A stretch of 64,000 nt of DNA, from positions 1 to 64,000 of IMG/VR virus record IMGVR_UViG_3300044556_000025. The stretch is one strand, 5' to 3'. A program made the translations under genes and the position numbers. The notes under the pieces are model-generated. The model worked only from the letters and a program-made list of their open reading frames with translations. It was not told the DNA's origin and ran no database searches. Below are positions 1 through 7,994 of this stretch, piece after piece; the stretch's first letter is position 1; the number at the start of each line of letters is the position of its first letter. The stretch is from a virus. Taxonomy: Duplodnaviria > Caudoviricetes.

Positions 1-272
1 ATGAGATAGCAGATCAGGTTATCGCCGGGGAGTGGGGCAGCGGAGACGATCGCAAGAGTCGCCTCCAATCGGCAGGCTACGACTATGATGCCATCCAGGC
101 ACTAGTAAATAGCAAGCTAGGCGTGTCGTCGCAGCGCGTTTATTACGTTAAGTCGGGTGACACATTGTCTGAAATTGCAGCTAAATACGGAACTACCGTA
201 AGCTCTATTGCTAGTAAGAATGGCATTTCTAACGTAAACAAAATATATGTGGGGCAGAAGCTAGTAATTTAG
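1..272 (+). CDS. Endolysin C-terminus (CW_7 repeat + LysM), 5'-truncated by the window
   Basis: Frame 3 reads [36 protein letters not shown] (CW_7), then [43 protein letters not shown] (LysM). Confidence 0.9.
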   Translation, partial: EIADQVIAGEWGSGDDRKSRLQSAGYDYDAIQALVNSKLGVSSQRVYYVKSGDTLSEIAAKYGTTVSSIASKNGISNVNKIYVGQKLVI

Positions 273-300
273 TCAGTATTACAAGCGAGTCATGTCTATT

Positions 301-335
301 GTCAGCTAGTCGATTTCGGCTAGCTGATTTTTTTT
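301..335 (+). terminator. Intrinsic terminator
   Basis: TCAGCTAGTCG-ATTT-CGGCTAGCTGA followed by a T-run. Confidence 0.8.
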
Positions 336-396
336 ACTATAAATTCGTTAGAATTTACATAGCAAGCTATCTTCTAATAGAAAGAAGAGACTTATT

Positions 397-1875
397 ATGT
401 CAAAGTTCAACGAAAAGCTTTCTACTTCTGCAAACGCCTCTCATCCATCTTACGAAGGCGGGTCTGTTTTCTACAAGTCTTCGCTAAACGAATGGCTTAA
501 TATACTTTTGTCTTCTAAACTTCAAGACGGATACTACGAAGATGAAGACACTATAGAGGGAAGATTCTTAGATCTTACACGTACAGTTATAGCGATATCT
601 GGTCCAGAGTTTGCTGCAAAGTCGGCAATATTTGCTCGTCGAGAGGTTGGTATGAGGTCGACTTCCGAACTTGTAGCGGCAGTTCTTAACGAATACAAAT
701 TTGAACAGAAACGTTCTTTCTATTCTAAGTTTTTCTATAGGCCTGACGATGTCGCAGAGGTGTTTGCAGCTGTAGATATGTTAGGAGGAAAGAAGTCTCA
801 CGGTCTCCTTAAAGGTGCGTCTAATTATCTCTCTACACTGAACGCATACCAACTAACAAAATACAAGCTCACAAGTCACAAGTATAGTATGTATTCGTTG
901 ATTGACTTGACGCACCCTAAGTCAGTATACATTGACGACTTCTGCAATCATCGTCTCTCTAAGCCCGAAACATGGGAGGTATTAATCTCTTCGTGCAGAG
1001 ACGAAAATGACAAAGCGCTCCGCTGGAAATATCTCGTTGACAACCGAAAGCTGGGCTATCTTGCACTAATTAGGAATTTGAGGAATGTTGTGCGTAGTGT
1101 TTCATCTATAGAGAGTGATTTCTATAGCTGGCTAGAAAGTACGCTCTGCCCTCAAGTAGAAGACAACGAGTCGATTCTAAAATCACTCGTATGGCCGTAT
1201 CAGATTTATACGGCTTATAGGTCGTTTGGCAGTGAAGCTGACATCCCATTCCCGTTGATTAATAGTTTACATAAAGCATTCTACTCTTCGTGCAAGAATT
1301 TGCCGTCGTTGCCGGGAAAGACACTAGCTGTTCTAGACGTTTCAGGATCAATGAATTGCCCATATACCACTACGCTTTCTATTGTCGATACGTGCGCTTC
1401 GTATCTTGCTGGGTTCTTAGCTGCAGACAGCGACCTTGACGTTGTCAAATTCGGAACAAACTGCCGTAAATTTGTCTGCCCCACATACAGAGACTCTAAC
1501 TCTATGGATGTCGTATATAAACTCACAAAGAACGACAACTGTGGGGGTAGCACTAACATAGTTTCGGTATTCGAGTATCTCATAGACAACAAACTTAGTT
1601 ATGACAGCATTTTATTATTCTCTGACATGCAAGTTATGGGAGATTGGTCTTGCGTACGGGGGTTTGGTGCAACTAGATACAATTTTGACGAGTATAAGAA
1701 GACTTGCGGTAAGAGCCATATATACAGCTTTGACCTTGGGAATTATTCCGATCAAATTGTTTCTAAAGATACCGATATCACATATCTAACAGCTATAAAC
1801 CCGTCTGCGTTTAAATTAATTTCTCTAGGAGATTACGAAAACGTCAAGGCTTACGTAGAATCATATAGTCTATAA
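397..1875 (+). CDS. rsr: Ro60/Rsr (TROVE + vWA) RNA-binding protein
   Basis: TROVE motifs ARREVGMRS, RPDD, YQLTKY, LTHPK, ETWE, GYLALIRNLRN; vWA MIDAS DVSGSM, GGSTN, FSDMQ. Confidence 0.92.
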   Translation: MSKFNEKLSTSANASHPSYEGGSVFYKSSLNEWLNILLSSKLQDGYYEDEDTIEGRFLDLTRTVIAISGPEFAAKSAIFARREVGMRSTSELVAAVLNEYKFEQKRSFYSKFFYRPDDVAEVFAAVDMLGGKKSHGLLKGASNYLSTLNAYQLTKYKLTSHKYSMYSLIDLTHPKSVYIDDFCNHRLSKPETWEVLISSCRDENDKALRWKYLVDNRKLGYLALIRNLRNVVRSVSSIESDFYSWLESTLCPQVEDNESILKSLVWPYQIYTAYRSFGSEADIPFPLINSLHKAFYSSCKNLPSLPGKTLAVLDVSGSMNCPYTTTLSIVDTCASYLAGFLAADSDLDVVKFGTNCRKFVCPTYRDSNSMDVVYKLTKNDNCGGSTNIVSVFEYLIDNKLSYDSILLFSDMQVMGDWSCVRGFGATRYNFDEYKKTCGKSHIYSFDLGNYSDQIVSKDTDITYLTAINPSAFKLISLGDYENVKAYVESYSL

Positions 1876-1888
1876 TGTTTAACTACAT

Positions 1889-1963
1889 TCCTCGATAGCG
1901 CAATGGTAGAGCATTCGGCTGTTAACCGAAGTGTTGCAGGTTCGAACCCTGCTCGAGGAGCCA
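1889..1963 (+). tRNA. tRNA-Asn(GTT)
   Basis: Canonical cloverleaf; anticodon arm TTCGG-CTGTTAA-CCGAA; encoded CCA; 13 nt after the Ro60 stop. Confidence 0.95.
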
Positions 1964-1971
1964 TAAACTCT

Positions 1972-1999
1972 AAGCCTAAACCTAAGGTCTAGGCTTTTT
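1972..1999 (+). terminator. Intrinsic terminator
   Basis: AAGCCTA...TAGGCTT followed by TTT. Confidence 0.7.
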
Positions 2000-2018
2000 G
2001 TTTGGCAAACTATTCTAT

Positions 2019-2052
2019 AGGTATTGACTTTTCATCATTCATTCTTTATATT
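2019..2052 (+). promoter_or_regulatory. sigma70-type early promoter (AGGTATTGAC family)
   Basis: TTGACT-17-TATATT; same upstream context at four other sites. Confidence 0.8.
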
Positions 2053-2107
2053 ATTTTCAAGTAGGGAATGCCTACGCTAGTCATCTATCAACAGTTAGGA
2101 GAAACAT

Positions 2108-2377
2108 ATGACTAGTATTACAAAGTCCGACGAGGACATCAAGCGAGAAGCTTACGAGTACATCGATCCGGGTAACATGAATCAGCTTCTCGAGCTCACC
2201 TCTCATAGCGATCTGTTCGACACTGATCTTGTCGGAGAGAACGATGAAGGCGAAGTAGTGCTCACGTCAATCCACGAAGACTATATCCTCATGATTACAT
2301 ATCAGTCTAACAACTGGATCCGCAAGAATTACTATCATATAGACGGAACGTGCGAAGAGCTCTACTCTCACGAGTAA
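2108..2377 (+). CDS. Hypothetical early protein
   Basis: AGGAG RBS, own promoter and terminator, C-ending codon bias. Confidence 0.8.
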   Translation: MTSITKSDEDIKREAYEYIDPGNMNQLLELTSHSDLFDTDLVGENDEGEVVLTSIHEDYILMITYQSNNWIRKNYYHIDGTCEELYSHE

Positions 2378-2383
2378 ACGTAG

Positions 2384-2415
2384 AAGCGCCCAGACAGACT
2401 CTGGGCGCTTTATTT
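2384..2415 (+). terminator. Intrinsic terminator
   Basis: AAGCGCCCAG...CTGGGCGCTT followed by TATTT. Confidence 0.8.
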
Positions 2416-2488
2416 ATGCCGAGTTTCGTTAGTGATAAAAGAAGCAAGCGATGTCAAATATTCAAATATTTTAGCAAATTTCATATTT

Positions 2489-2524
2489 AGGTATTGACAT
2501 TTCGTCGGTTTCGTTTAATATAAT
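2489..2524 (+). promoter_or_regulatory. sigma70-type promoter upstream of the RNA cluster
   Basis: AGGTATTGACA...TAATATAAT; spacer is long (19 nt to TATAAT). Confidence 0.6.
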
Positions 2525-2603
2525 ACACGCAAGTCAAAGAAAGAAGATGTCTTGCAGTATTAGAGTTCAACTTGACAATCGAATAAATTCGTTAATGCTT
2601 ACA

Positions 2604-2842
2604 TAGTCGATTCGCTTGCTTTTGCAAGCTTTCGAAGCGAGGTTCGAACTAACAGAGGAAATTTCAAGCTTTTCTCCTTTCCAAAGGCACTGGACACACA
2701 CTCTGTTAGGGGCTCGGTAAGATTCCGAGGGGGTCGGAGACTCGGCCCTAACGCTTATTTGGCAGTGGAAGCCCCAAACATTGCCCACCGGTAACGTAAA
2801 ACAGAGGGCCCTCGTTGGCGGAGTGGTAAAGCCAACCCGGTG
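2604..2842 (+). ncRNA. Unclassified structured RNA leading the tRNA operon (Y-RNA candidate)
   Basis: Dense helices: TAGTCGA/TCGAACTA, CTAACAGAG/CTCTGTTAG, CTCGG/CCGAG, GGCAGTG/CATTGCC, CACCGG/CCGGTG, GTTGGC/GCCAAC; no credible ORF. Confidence 0.5.
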
Positions 2843-2843
2843 T

Positions 2844-2919
2844 GGGTCCGTAGCTCAGTTGGTAGAGCAGGAGACTTTTAATCTCAAGGTCCGCGGTTCG
2901 AACCCGCGCGGTCCCACCA
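2844..2919 (+). tRNA. tRNA-Lys(TTT)
   Basis: Cloverleaf; GAGA-CTTTTAA-TCTC; encoded CCA; one T-T mismatch in the acceptor stem. Confidence 0.93.
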
Positions 2920-2921
2920 TT

Positions 2922-3015
2922 GGAGAGTTGGCAGAGTCTGGCCGATTGCAGGCGCCTCGAAAGCGTCCGAGCTTAGCAATAAGCTCCGAAGGTTCGAATC
3001 CTTCACTCTCCGCCA
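2922..3015 (+). tRNA. tRNA-Ser(CGA)
   Basis: Long variable arm GAGCTTA-GCAA-TAAGCTC, G73, CCA. Confidence 0.93.
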
Positions 3016-3016
3016 T

Positions 3017-3127
3017 GCGGCAGTAGTTCGTATGGGCCCTTAGCGTGCCTGACGCTAAGATAGTCCGAGGTAGAACGCCTGGTGTCCAATCAGGAACTCT
3101 GGGTTCGAGTCCCAGCTGCCTGCTCCA
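3017..3127 (+). ncRNA. tRNA-Gly(TCC)-derived RNA with a ~33-nt hairpin inserted in the D-loop
   Basis: GCGGCAG acceptor, GTTC/GAAC D-stem, CCTGG-TGTCCAA-TCAGG, CTGGG-TTCGAGT-CCCAG, U73-CCA; insert 3034-3066; G at position 33; bulged T in the acceptor stem. Confidence 0.75.
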
Positions 3128-3147
3128 GCTTTTCGTGACAGCTCAGA

Positions 3148-3221
3148 GGGCCCTTAGCACAGCGGCCTAGTGCATCGAGCTCATAACTCGCGGATCGTCC
3201 GTTCGAATCGGACAGGGCCCA
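3148..3221 (+). tRNA. tRNA-CAT, probably Ile2 (Met not excluded); no encoded CCA
   Basis: GGGCCCT/AGGGCCC acceptor with C4-G69 and C5-G68; CGAG-CTCATAA-CTCG; flanked by a 12-bp inverted repeat. Confidence 0.85.
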
Positions 3222-3257
3222 CTGAGCTGTCACAAGTGATAGAAGAGGCATCAGCAT

Positions 3258-3339
3258 ACCGGGTTGGCGGAATTGGCAGACGCAGGAGACTCAAAATCTC
3301 TCGCCTAATCGCATATGGGTTCGAGTCCCATACCCGGTA
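3258..3339 (+). tRNA. tRNA-Leu(CAA); no encoded CCA
   Basis: ACCGGGT/ACCCGGT; GGAGA-CTCAAAA-TCTCT; variable arm; flanked by an 11-bp inverted repeat. Confidence 0.88.
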
Positions 3340-3375
3340 CGCTGATGCCTCAAATTTTGTATAAGTGGGGGCAAA

Positions 3376-4350
3376 ATGGAAGTAACTTCAAAACACCGAC
3401 AAATCGTATACTTCTATAACAAGATCCTTGGGCTATCGTATAAGTATCTTCATGACAAATATCAACTGTCCGAACGCGCGCTTAGAGATATAGCTGACGG
3501 AAAAGAGTTTCTGTCTTCTAGATATATCAGCACTCTTAAACTGCTTGATATCTTAGGGGTATCGATTCCCGATTTCTTGCCCCCAGAATCTAGAGCTTAT
3601 ATACTGAAGACACAGATTAGACCTAAAGTTAAGCGCTGGCACGAAATCAACAATGTTTCACTGAGGTCTATCTCTCGTATTACTCATGTTAACTTTCAGA
3701 CCATTAGGCATATTTATTACGAAGTGACAGAAAACGTAGAAGTTAAGACTATTCGGTTGATTTTGTTTGCCCCGAAAGATATGTCTGTGGAAAAGTCAAC
3801 GTTAACATATGACGCTTCTCAGTATGTCCAGGATATGGATAGGTGGATCCGCGACGGCATTCCTACAAAGACTATATGTTTCTATTGTGACGGTTTGACT
3901 CCCGCGCTTATAGGAAATCGGCACATGTACAGCCGGGTTTCGTATGATTCGTTTATGAGTTATATGCGAGGAAAAGATGAATTAGATAAACTTGCATACG
4001 CGATAGAGTTTAACACAGATCCGTCTAAGGCTCTAGAAGAAGCCGGAATCGCGAGGAGATATCGAACTTGTCAGGTATGCGGCAAGAAGTTTGTTGACAA
4101 CTCGAAGAGCGATACCAAATACTGCTCTAATAAGTGTTATAAAGAAGCTCAAAAAGCTATCCATCGAGAGTCTAGACGAAAGAAAGCTACTAAGTACGAA
4201 AAAGTTTGCCCAATGTGCGGAACTAAATTCGTTACTACATATGCACATAAAATTTATTGTTCTAAAGAGTGTTCGTCAAAACACAAGAACGAAGTTCGTC
4301 GTATTAAAAACAAACAGAAGCGCGAAGAAGGTGATGTTAGTGGACGTTAG
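3376..4350 (+). CDS. Multi-HTH protein with two C-terminal CxxC..YCS..C zinc fingers
   Basis: XRE-like N-terminal repeats; CQVCGKKF..YCSNKC and CPMCGTKF..YCSKEC. Confidence 0.7.
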   Translation: MEVTSKHRQIVYFYNKILGLSYKYLHDKYQLSERALRDIADGKEFLSSRYISTLKLLDILGVSIPDFLPPESRAYILKTQIRPKVKRWHEINNVSLRSISRITHVNFQTIRHIYYEVTENVEVKTIRLILFAPKDMSVEKSTLTYDASQYVQDMDRWIRDGIPTKTICFYCDGLTPALIGNRHMYSRVSYDSFMSYMRGKDELDKLAYAIEFNTDPSKALEEAGIARRYRTCQVCGKKFVDNSKSDTKYCSNKCYKEAQKAIHRESRRKKATKYEKVCPMCGTKFVTTYAHKIYCSKECSSKHKNEVRRIKNKQKREEGDVSGR

Positions 4351-4507
4351 CGACAAAGTGTTCTTAGCGGGAGTATATATGATGTCCATAATATTCGCGT
4401 TTTCGTTTGGTTTAGTTGTATATTTCTTATTCGGTGAGTTCTATTCAATCGTTTTTGAAGCGATGTTTGTCGGACTTTCTGTTTTAGGAACAGCAATTCT
4501 GTTTTAG
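4340..4507 (+). CDS. Small membrane protein
   Basis: GTG start after a GGTG RBS; two hydrophobic segments. Confidence 0.5.
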   Translation: MDVSDKVFLAGVYMMSIIFAFSFGLVVYFLFGEFYSIVFEAMFVGLSVLGTAILF

Positions 4508-4518
4508 GAACAGCAATT
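4477..4518. repeat. 20-bp tandem duplication
   Basis: TTCTGTTTTAGGAACAGCAA x2. Confidence 0.9.
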
Positions 4519-4532
4519 ATATTCACTATGGG

Positions 4533-5000
4533 GTGATAGATATGAGAGCTCTGAACTTTACCGAAGTTACAAAGCGATTAGAGTTCTCCTGCGCATATAT
4601 CTACAAGAAGGGAAACACTTTCAAGCTAGAAGCGCACAACTATAAACTCGAAGCGACAGTGTCAAAGAGCGATATAAACGACCCAAAGTATATCGAAAGT
4701 CATAAGGTACTTGATTTCGAAGATCTAACAAAAGCTATGAAATATAGTGTACCAGACGCATCATTTGTTTATGAGCTAGATGATCCTCATCAAGTTAGTT
4801 TAGCTAAGAGCTTTGAGAGCGATTTCCTAATCCCTACGTTCGATATGTCTTGCCCAATTAGTGCAGAGTCTTTGCTAAATACGATTTCGTTAATGTTAGA
4901 AGAAGAGCTTAAACAATATCCCGGGGTAGTTCTCGTAGAGACAAAGCTTCGAGAGAACGCGAGCTCTTTTGTCAGTTGGAAGCCTATCAATAAGGAGTAA
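4533..5000 (+). CDS. Divergent QueD/6-PTPS-like (T-fold) protein
   Basis: VTKRLEFSCAY, HNYKLEATV, VLDFEDL, SAESL, LRENASS match the QueD pattern; two Zn-binding His appear substituted. Confidence 0.65.
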   Translation: MIDMRALNFTEVTKRLEFSCAYIYKKGNTFKLEAHNYKLEATVSKSDINDPKYIESHKVLDFEDLTKAMKYSVPDASFVYELDDPHQVSLAKSFESDFLIPTFDMSCPISAESLLNTISLMLEEELKQYPGVVLVETKLRENASSFVSWKPINKE

Positions 5001-5005
5001 ATTCA

Positions 5006-5743
5006 ATGGCCTTCAAGTCAATGGTTGAGTACAACAACGAGCGCTACAGCAACTTCTTCATCCTTCGAAACGACGGGGACTCTGCAGAGGTTATCCCTCT
5101 ATTTCAGAGCAGCAACGACGCAATGACTGTAGCTTGTCACTATATCAAGAGTGACAATTATTCGGGGTACGTTCAGTGCCTTGGACCGCAAACTTGCCCA
5201 GCCTGCAAGCGTAATATTCGAGTTGAGAACAAGTTCTTTATTCCGCTATATGACATCGACTCACAGAAGATTGTATTCTGGGATCGCAGCACTCGTTTCT
5301 TCCAGCAGTTCGACATGGCTGTGTTCTCTAAGGTAGGGAATCCGTCAGAGTTTGTGTTTAGGATTACTCGTCGAGGAGCTGCGGGCGATCGTAATACTCG
5401 TTACGATATTGTTCCTGTATATCGTAACAACTTGATTTCGTACGATGAGATTCTGAAGAAGTTCGACGTATCTTTCCCCGACTATTATAACACCGTTTGC
5501 CCGGAGTGGTCGCTTTCTGAGTTCGATAAAAATCTGTCTCCCGCATCGTCGAACACTAACGTAGATCTCGCTAACATGCCTGAGTATAAGATCTCTCCTC
5601 GAGGCATTATCGGCTCTGACGAATCCTCACAGCCGGACCTTCCCGACTTCACTAGCGAAGAGGCTGAGGATGAGAGCAACGGCAACAGTGATGACGTCGC
5701 AGAGCCTATTTCCGAGGAAGACATTGACAACGTGTCATTCTAA
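5006..5743 (+). CDS. gp32-like ssDNA-binding protein
   Basis: H..C..CPAC Zn site, ITRRG..RNTRY, acidic tail ending in F. Confidence 0.8.
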   Translation: MAFKSMVEYNNERYSNFFILRNDGDSAEVIPLFQSSNDAMTVACHYIKSDNYSGYVQCLGPQTCPACKRNIRVENKFFIPLYDIDSQKIVFWDRSTRFFQQFDMAVFSKVGNPSEFVFRITRRGAAGDRNTRYDIVPVYRNNLISYDEILKKFDVSFPDYYNTVCPEWSLSEFDKNLSPASSNTNVDLANMPEYKISPRGIIGSDESSQPDLPDFTSEEAEDESNGNSDDVAEPISEEDIDNVSF

Positions 5744-5770
5744 TATGAATAGATATATCTAGGAGGAACA

Positions 5771-7828
5771 GTGGGCCTTTTTAGTAATTCTCAAGTAGCT
5801 GCAATAAACGAAGTAGCTAAGAAGAGCAAAGCTATTAAGGCTCCTACAAACACTAGTCGTGTTTCATCTGTAAACGATGAGCTCATTCAGTCTTCTAAGG
5901 CTGTCGAAGAGTACTTCAAGGACAGCAAAGCGATTCTGATTACTACAAAGCCGCAGCTTCACGATTACGTGACTGCGGCTATTTCTGTAGGAATTGTTGG
6001 AATAGATACTGAGACAACGGGCCTCGACCGAAACAACGACTACATTGTAGGAGCTTCTCTTTACTACCCCGGCGGCGTAGAATGCTATATAGCAATGAAA
6101 CATAGAGTGCCCGTATTTGAGACACCATACAACAATCAGCTTTCTTACAAAGACGTAGCAGATGAACTATATCGGTTTGTAGAACACAAAACAAAGCTCG
6201 TATTTGCAAACGCCAACTACGACTTGTATATGATTTGGAAAGATTTACATGTAGATTTAGACTCTTGTTTCTACTACGACGTAATCTTAGCTTGGCGTTG
6301 TATGAAAGAGGACGAGCTACACAACGGTTTGAAGGAACTTTATAACAAGTATGTGCTGAAAGGCAAAGGGGATCCGAAGCGATTCTCTGACTTCTTCTCG
6401 CCTAAACTGTTCCCATACTCAAAGCCAGACGTCGCGAAGCTGTATGCCGCAAACGACGCTAAAATTACGTATGACTTGTACGTATGGCAATATCAATACT
6501 CTAACCCGAAGTCTGAGAAGTGTAAGAAAAATCATCTAGAAAACATTGCTCAGCTTATCTGGAATCTCGAGTTCCCTCTAGTACACGTTTGTCAGACAAT
6601 AGAGCGAACAGGCATGTACATAGATCAAGACATGGGCAAAGTGCTTCATAACAAGTACTCGGCACTCTACGAGCAAGAGTTTAACAAGCTAGGTTCGATG
6701 GTTGACGAAATTATAGAAAATAACCCCCAGCCAATGTCTTCAAAGAAGCCTCCGTTTACGTCTAGCAAAGACTTCAACCCTAAGTCAACGACACACGTTC
6801 AATATCTTCTTTATACGCTATTAGGGATTCCGAAGGTAGAAGGCAAGATGCCTACGGGCAAGGAGTTCTTAGACGAGGTAAATCTTCCTGTGGCGACGCA
6901 AATTGCAAAAGTTCGCAGTCTTGCAACGAACATCAATACGTTCGTTGACAAGTTGCCTGACGGAGTAGCTAAAGACGGCCGGATCCACGCTGACTTCAAG
7001 CAAATTGGCGCAGCGTGCGTCACAGGAGACACTGTAATTTGGACGTATGAAGGTCCAAAACCCATAGAAGACATCTACGAAGAGTCGTTTGGTCGAGAGC
7101 TCGATGAATACACATCGGGCGAATATAAAGACTGTGACGACCTTCAGCTATATAACAAATACGGTGATTTAGAAAAAGTATCAAGTATTGTCGGGTATTA
7201 CAATCAACCCGTAGTGACTGTTCATCTATCTAACGGATCGTCTATTACTGGTACTTATCACCACTTAGTTCTTTGTGTAAAGAGCGAAGACGAAGACATA
7301 TCTCAGTGTCTCGACAATTATACAGAGTTTAGGACGCTGAGTTCTATTAAAAAAGACGATATTATAGTGTGTATGTGTGACGATACAGATTTTTCGTCGG
7401 TAGGATACGAGTATGCATACGTAACTCATATAGACTTTGAAGATAACTCTAACGTATACGATGTCGTAATGCCTCAAACACATTCGTTCGTCGGAAACGG
7501 AATTGTCAATCATAATACTGGCAGGATGAGTTCAGCTGCGCCGAACCTACAGAACATACCTTCGAAACTTAATGATATTCGTCATCTCTTTCGCGGTGAC
7601 CCAAAACGCATCGAGGACGTATCCGGTGAAGTAGACGGCAACGAAGTCACATTCAAACTTCGTAAGTTTTCTAAAGTAGCGACAGGTTCAAACGAGCTTT
7701 CATTTGTAAATGATCTGACTATTGGGAGTTCTGTTATCATTGATAAAGACGGAATGTCTAGTTGTTTAAAAGTATCTGCAATAAAGCCTTGTTACGACCA
7801 AAAGTTTGTATATGTCACCTTAGAGTAA
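5771..7828 (+). CDS. polA: Family A DNA polymerase, N-terminal half (3'-5' exonuclease + thumb), with intein
   Basis: DTETTGL, NANYD, YAANDA, GRIH, TGRMSS..PNLQNIP. Confidence 0.92.
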   Translation: MGLFSNSQVAAINEVAKKSKAIKAPTNTSRVSSVNDELIQSSKAVEEYFKDSKAILITTKPQLHDYVTAAISVGIVGIDTETTGLDRNNDYIVGASLYYPGGVECYIAMKHRVPVFETPYNNQLSYKDVADELYRFVEHKTKLVFANANYDLYMIWKDLHVDLDSCFYYDVILAWRCMKEDELHNGLKELYNKYVLKGKGDPKRFSDFFSPKLFPYSKPDVAKLYAANDAKITYDLYVWQYQYSNPKSEKCKKNHLENIAQLIWNLEFPLVHVCQTIERTGMYIDQDMGKVLHNKYSALYEQEFNKLGSMVDEIIENNPQPMSSKKPPFTSSKDFNPKSTTHVQYLLYTLLGIPKVEGKMPTGKEFLDEVNLPVATQIAKVRSLATNINTFVDKLPDGVAKDGRIHADFKQIGAACVTGDTVIWTYEGPKPIEDIYEESFGRELDEYTSGEYKDCDDLQLYNKYGDLEKVSSIVGYYNQPVVTVHLSNGSSITGTYHHLVLCVKSEDEDISQCLDNYTEFRTLSSIKKDDIIVCMCDDTDFSSVGYEYAYVTHIDFEDNSNVYDVVMPQTHSFVGNGIVNHNTGRMSSAAPNLQNIPSKLNDIRHLFRGDPKRIEDVSGEVDGNEVTFKLRKFSKVATGSNELSFVNDLTIGSSVIIDKDGMSSCLKVSAIKPCYDQKFVYVTLE
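7016..7516 (+). mobile_element. Mini-intein (167 aa) in Pol-N
   Basis: C1 CVTGDT, block B GTYHH, VYD..HSF..NG.VNHN|T. Confidence 0.92.
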
Positions 7829-7994
7829 GGTTTGCATAAAGAGAGAAGACCTTCCAGACGAAACGATACGAAAATAAGAATTAAGTATTGACAATTGACA
7901 GAAAACTTCGTTATACATCGCATAAGCAATGAGTATATAGAAAACCGACGCATAGTCACATCGAAGGGCAGGGATTTAATGATTAGCGTTCTAG

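Noticed and set aside
2709-2785. HDV-like/theta ribozyme
   Set aside because: No P3/P1.1/J4-2 elements could be fitted, and it lies upstream of the tRNAs rather than at a 3' trailer
2655-2810. RNase P RNA (GAGGAAA..., ACAGA)
   Set aside because: The P4 consensus GAGGAAAGUCC is not met and the 3' P4 strand is absent
2709-2842. tmRNA (GGGGCT start, pseudoknot)
   Set aside because: No matching T-arm/acceptor 3' end with CCA and no tag ORF
3030-3070. Archaeal-type BHB intron in the tRNA-Gly D-loop
   Set aside because: A 4-bp helix and a 3-nt bulge exist, but the bulge geometry is opposite to BHB, and removal would still leave G33 and the acceptor bulge
2567-3364. ORFs 2567-2788, 2781-3026 and 3170-3364
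   Set aside because: They overlap tRNA/ncRNA genes and are spurious
7829-7994. Group I intron or real gene in the polA gap
   Set aside because: Too short, with no recognisable core; the 38-codon TTG ORF (7895-8011) lacks an RBS
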